A stretch of 64,000 nt of DNA from a bacterium (GTDB lineage Bacteria > Zhuqueibacterota > Zhuqueibacteria > Residuimicrobiales > Krinioviventaceae), in NCBI GenBank assembly GCA_963675755.2, contig CAXXMD010000002.1, positions 1,760,001-1,824,000 on the forward strand, written 5' to 3'. Positions 60,140 through 64,000 of the stretch are shown here, one piece after another; the stretch's first letter is position 1; each line of letters starts with the position of its first letter. The notes beneath the pieces are model-generated. The model was not told the DNA's origin, did not search any database, and worked only from the letters and a program-made list of their open reading frames with translations. A program made the translations under genes and the position numbers.

Positions 60140-60754
60140 TTAAAATGATGTTAACGATAATTCACGAGACAGATTATAAATCTCTTGTTCTATCCGGTCC
60201 AGTTGCTGTTCGGTTTGAGATTTTACAATGCCCAGAACCAAATCTCCATAATCATCCAGTTCCTGATCCGCATTGGGTACCTGAATATCATCAATCTGAT
60301 CTTCCAGATATTCCAGAGAATCGTCTACCCCGGTGTTCCAGGCAAGAGTATTTATCCCTGAATTTGGATTTAAATCCGAATCCGGTACAGGACTCCAAAC
60401 CGCAAACAAGATGATCACAACAGCCAAGCCAGCAAGTGCCGGTGACCATACCGGGTGCAACCCGGCAGTACGGAGTTTAGATAAAAGTTGATATAAAAAA
60501 CTTTGCTGTTTAATATGTGGCTGTACTGTGGGTGCACTATCAACCAATACACGGATGTGATTTTCATCTATGGATTCCGGTTCCAATGACCGATATGTAC
60601 CCAATGTTTCCTTTAATTCATCTACTGCACGCTGGCAGGATTTACATGTTTCAAGGTGTTCCTGAAACGCAAAACGCTCATTATCATCCAGTTCTTTATA
60701 AACATAAAGTAATGGATACTCTTTAATATATTTACAAGACATCTTGAACCTCAA
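60140..60754 (-). CDS. Zinc-binding (ZAS) anti-sigma factor
   Basis: HLETCKSC (HxxxCxxC), single TM; overlaps the end of the sigma gene. Confidence 0.85.
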   Translation of the reverse strand: MRFKMSCKYIKEYPLLYVYKELDDNERFAFQEHLETCKSCQRAVDELKETLGTYRSLEPESIDENHIRVLVDSAPTVQPHIKQQSFLYQLLSKLRTAGLHPVWSPALAGLAVVIILFAVWSPVPDSDLNPNSGINTLAWNTGVDDSLEYLEDQIDDIQVPNADQELDDYGDLVLGIVKSQTEQQLDRIEQEIYNLSRELSLTSF

Positions 60755-61337
60755 CGCCTAAATTTTGTTGCAAATGTTCACGAAGGTGCTGCATGGCATA
60801 CCGCATTCGTCCTAAAACCGTATTCACTGAACAATGATGAATTTCAGCAATTTCTTTGAATGATAATCCACTGTGCTCTCGCATCAAATAAACTTCTCTC
60901 AGCTTTGTGGGAAGCGCCAGCACCGCTTTTTCAATCCATTCTTTTTGTTCCTGTTTTTCAAGCACCTGCAATGGAGTATCATCTGAAACCGCGGAGCGGT
61001 TTTCCAAATCCTCCTGTTCATTAGATTCAACGTCCATATACTTGAATCGTGTTTTCTGTTTTCGCAAAGAATCGATCACTGCATTGCGAGCGATTCGAAA
61101 TAACCATCCCTGAAAATTTCCTCTGTCGCGATAGTTCGCAAGATCATCAATAACTCTTACAAAAACATCCTGAGTAATATCTACTGACGTTTCCCGGTTT
61201 CCGCACATACGCAAGACATAGGTAAATACCGAAGCATAATAACGTCTCACCAGGCAATCCAGTGCCGGTTTTGATCCATTCCTATACTGTTCAATCAATA
61301 TAGAATCCGTTGAAATTTCCAGGTTGTGTTTTTCCAT
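60732..61337 (-). CDS. ECF sigma-70 factor
   Basis: DITQDVF, FQGWLFRIARN..ID, LSFKEIAE...NTVLGRMRYA. Confidence 0.92.
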   Translation of the reverse strand: MEKHNLEISTDSILIEQYRNGSKPALDCLVRRYYASVFTYVLRMCGNRETSVDITQDVFVRVIDDLANYRDRGNFQGWLFRIARNAVIDSLRKQKTRFKYMDVESNEQEDLENRSAVSDDTPLQVLEKQEQKEWIEKAVLALPTKLREVYLMREHSGLSFKEIAEIHHCSVNTVLGRMRYAMQHLREHLQQNLGVEVQDVL

Positions 61338-61478
61338 CTAATAATATAAACGTACTATCGTTAAATTTATTATGTAAAATTTTCGTTTTTTAAAAAAAAA
61401 TTTGTATATTCTTGCGCCTTGGAACAGTATAGAATATTATAAAAAATCCATTATCCATAATCAAGAAAAGGATAGTAA

Positions 61479-63371
61479 ATGAAGTATATATTTACCTTTC
61501 TATTATTAGCATCTGTATCTGTATCCGCAGTTGAACTTGTCTCACCGGACCAGTCCTTAAAAATAGAAATCCAAATGGATAATGACAATTCCGGGTATGC
61601 TACACCTACCTATACATTGCAGCAAGGCAGTACACTACTAATGCCACCCTCCCGGTTGGGATTCACTCGAAGCAATTCACAACAGACTGCAAATCCGGTC
61701 AAAATCCTATCTTCACAGAAATCCAGTCAAAATAGCAGCTGGCGTCCCGTTTATGGTGAACGTACAGAAATCCCCGATGTATATAACGAATTAACATTGA
61801 ACGCCCAGGAAAAAGATAGCAATCTTGAATACCAAATTATCTTTCGGGCATATAATGAAGGCATTGCTTTCTGCTACCAATTCCCGAAACAAGCAGGACT
61901 TGAAACTCTGCATATCGAAAAAGAATTGACAGAATTTTCCTTTGATAATAACCACACAACCTGGGCAGCATATAAAGCGCAGGCAGAATATGAAAAAACT
62001 ACCGTCAATGAAATAAAACCGGGTTGTGAACGTCCCCTGGTAATCAAAAAAGATGAAACCACCTATTTAGCCATTGCAGAAGCCAGACTGGTAGATTACG
62101 CGCGTATGAAGCTCATGCCGCAGGGTGAAAAGCCAAACACCTTATTAAGTGATCTTGCAGGTCCGGTAACCCTCGCTCTTCCCTGCTCAACTCCCTGGCG
62201 AGTTGTCATGGTGGGTGACAGTCCCGGAGAACTGCTTGAGAATAATTATTTGATCCTGAATCTCAACGATCCCTGTGAGATCAAAGACACCTCATGGATC
62301 AAACCCGGCAAGGTGATTCGGGAAACAACATTAACAACCCGTGGCGGATTAGCTTGTGTGGATTTTGCAGTTGAGCACAATCTGCAATATGTTGAATTTG
62401 ATGCCGGCTGGTATGGGCATGAATATGATGAGAAATCGGATGCGACCACCATCACTGTGGACCCCAAACGCTCACCCGGTCCCCTGGATTTGCAAAGGAT
62501 CATCCAATACGCCAAAGAACGTAATATTGGAATCATTGTATATGTCAATCGTCGTGCTCTTGAAAAGCAACTCGACGAAATACTACCTCTTTACGTTCAA
62601 TGGGGCATCAGCGGAGTTAAATACGGTTTTGTAAACGTAGGTACACAGAAATGGACAACCTGGCTGCATATGGCGGTTCGCAAAGCAGCCCAATACAAAC
62701 TTATGGTAGATGTTCACGATGAATACCGCCCAACCGGCTATACCCGTACCTATCCCAATTTCATGACACAGGAAGGTATTCGTGGTGATGAAGTTCGTCA
62801 GCCAAATGAACTCACATTGACGACATTGTTCACCCGTATGTTAGCGGGGGCTGGTGACAATACCCTCTGCTATTTTAATCCGCGTGTCCCCAAATACAAT
62901 TCACACGCGTATCAATTGGCCAAAGCCGTTTGCTTTTACAGCCCATGGCAATTTCTGTATTGGTACGACAGGCCAAAAGCATCTTCAGACAATATAGACG
63001 ACAGCCAGCCGATGAACGGTGTTATTGGCGATGAGCCTGAATTGGAATTTTTTGACGCCATACCTACGGTTTGGGATGAAACAAAAGTAATCGACGGTAG
63101 TATCGGAGAATATGCTATTATAGCCAGACGAAGCGATAAACAATGGTTTGTGGGTTGTATGAATAGTGGCAAAGAAAGAGAATTTAAAGTTCCATTGAAC
63201 TTTTTATCTCCAAACACAAAATGGTCTGCAACCGTTTACAGTAACGATACATCCATAAAAACGCGTACACAGGTAAAAATCGAAAATATTAAAGTCACTT
63301 CAAAAGATGTAATTACGAAAAGTATTTCCGCACAGGGAGGTCTTGCCATCAGGTTAGAATCTCTACAATAA
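61479..63371 (+). CDS. Glycoside hydrolase family 97 protein
   Basis: SPD, FRAYNEGIAF, TPWRV, WIKPGK, DAGWYG, PTG..RTYPN.MTQEGIRG, PTVWDET. Confidence 0.9.
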   Translation: MKYIFTFLLLASVSVSAVELVSPDQSLKIEIQMDNDNSGYATPTYTLQQGSTLLMPPSRLGFTRSNSQQTANPVKILSSQKSSQNSSWRPVYGERTEIPDVYNELTLNAQEKDSNLEYQIIFRAYNEGIAFCYQFPKQAGLETLHIEKELTEFSFDNNHTTWAAYKAQAEYEKTTVNEIKPGCERPLVIKKDETTYLAIAEARLVDYARMKLMPQGEKPNTLLSDLAGPVTLALPCSTPWRVVMVGDSPGELLENNYLILNLNDPCEIKDTSWIKPGKVIRETTLTTRGGLACVDFAVEHNLQYVEFDAGWYGHEYDEKSDATTITVDPKRSPGPLDLQRIIQYAKERNIGIIVYVNRRALEKQLDEILPLYVQWGISGVKYGFVNVGTQKWTTWLHMAVRKAAQYKLMVDVHDEYRPTGYTRTYPNFMTQEGIRGDEVRQPNELTLTTLFTRMLAGAGDNTLCYFNPRVPKYNSHAYQLAKAVCFYSPWQFLYWYDRPKASSDNIDDSQPMNGVIGDEPELEFFDAIPTVWDETKVIDGSIGEYAIIARRSDKQWFVGCMNSGKEREFKVPLNFLSPNTKWSATVYSNDTSIKTRTQVKIENIKVTSKDVITKSISAQGGLAIRLESLQ

Positions 63372-63537
63372 GAGACAAAACTCCTAATATCCATTAGCAT
63401 CAATGATGGGGACAAATACTCGCAAATACATGCGAAAACAGCTTGACTTTGCATATTTTTTTTATTAAAATAAATCTCGAGTGCAGTATTTTTAGGCAAC
63501 GCAATGCATGAGAATAGGGTTGGAATAGAGGGCTAAA

Positions 63538-64000
63538 TTGGGAAAAACGATAAACAATTGGTTTGATACCGAGTATCAACCGGAATTTGAAAAATTACTA
63601 GATAAACTTGTAACTAATAGTATATATATTATTTTAATACTGGGAATCCCCGCCATTGTCAACTCTGTCATAGAGTTTATATATTCTGATATAGTCCCAT
63701 TATTTTTTTATTTTGCCCCTGCATTTATATGTTTACTGGCTATTGAAGTTTGGAAAAAAAAGATAACGCTTTCTACCCGTATCCATATATTTCTTTCTTT
63801 TATCTACATAACAGGTATTATATCTTTACTGGTGTTCAGGTTGAATGGTATGGGTGTTGTCATTTTAACAGCCTATACAATAATGGCAACCCTATTCGGT
63901 GGTAAACTTCGGGGCTATTATTACTTTACCATTTCTCTTGCCAGTATCGTAATCATTGCAGCCATGTCTTCTTTTCATTGGCTCCTACAGAGTGAAACCA
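63538..64000 (+). CDS. Partial multi-TM membrane protein (possible sensor N-terminus), runs off the window
   Basis: Manual translation from TTG 63538 (after GAGGG) stays open to the window end: MGKTINNWFDTEYQPEFEKLLDKLVTNSIYIILILGIPAIV...; several hydrophobic segments. Confidence 0.6.
   Translation, partial: MGKTINNWFDTEYQPEFEKLLDKLVTNSIYIILILGIPAIVNSVIEFIYSDIVPLFFYFAPAFICLLAIEVWKKKITLSTRIHIFLSFIYITGIISLLVFRLNGMGVVILTAYTIMATLFGGKLRGYYYFTISLASIVIIAAMSSFHWLLQSET

Overview
64 kb of chromosomal DNA from a moderately AT-rich diderm bacterium. Four proteins end in NYPNPFN-type T9SS/FlgD-like C-terminal domains; with the TonB receptor, LytTR regulators, a sigma-54 activator and an MCP, this suggests an FCB-group lineage such as KSB1 or Calditrichota (inference). 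Most genes encode secreted or membrane accessory functions: two tandem transglutaminase-like proteins, glycoside hydrolases (GH38, GH120, GH36, GH97), two copies of an MBOAT plus SGNH-like O-acylation pair, an M16 peptidase pair, a heme-c MCP and an ECF sigma operon. No rRNA, tRNA or CRISPR array was seen. Highlights: (1) a RAYT (HUH Y1) transposase bounded by inverted bipartite REPs, next to an internally deleted copy of itself, inside an array of four paralogous membrane-protein genes, with related REPs bracketing AT-rich single-gene cassettes elsewhere; (2) a complete sigma-54 enhancer module in which a NorR-like GAF activator, co-transcribed with an ATL repair gene, faces dps; (3) an AT-rich 5.9 kb island bounded by a 74-bp direct repeat that duplicates the start of a broken gene; (4) intergenic mosaics of several palindrome/MITE families. 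All product calls come from motif recognition, not database searches.
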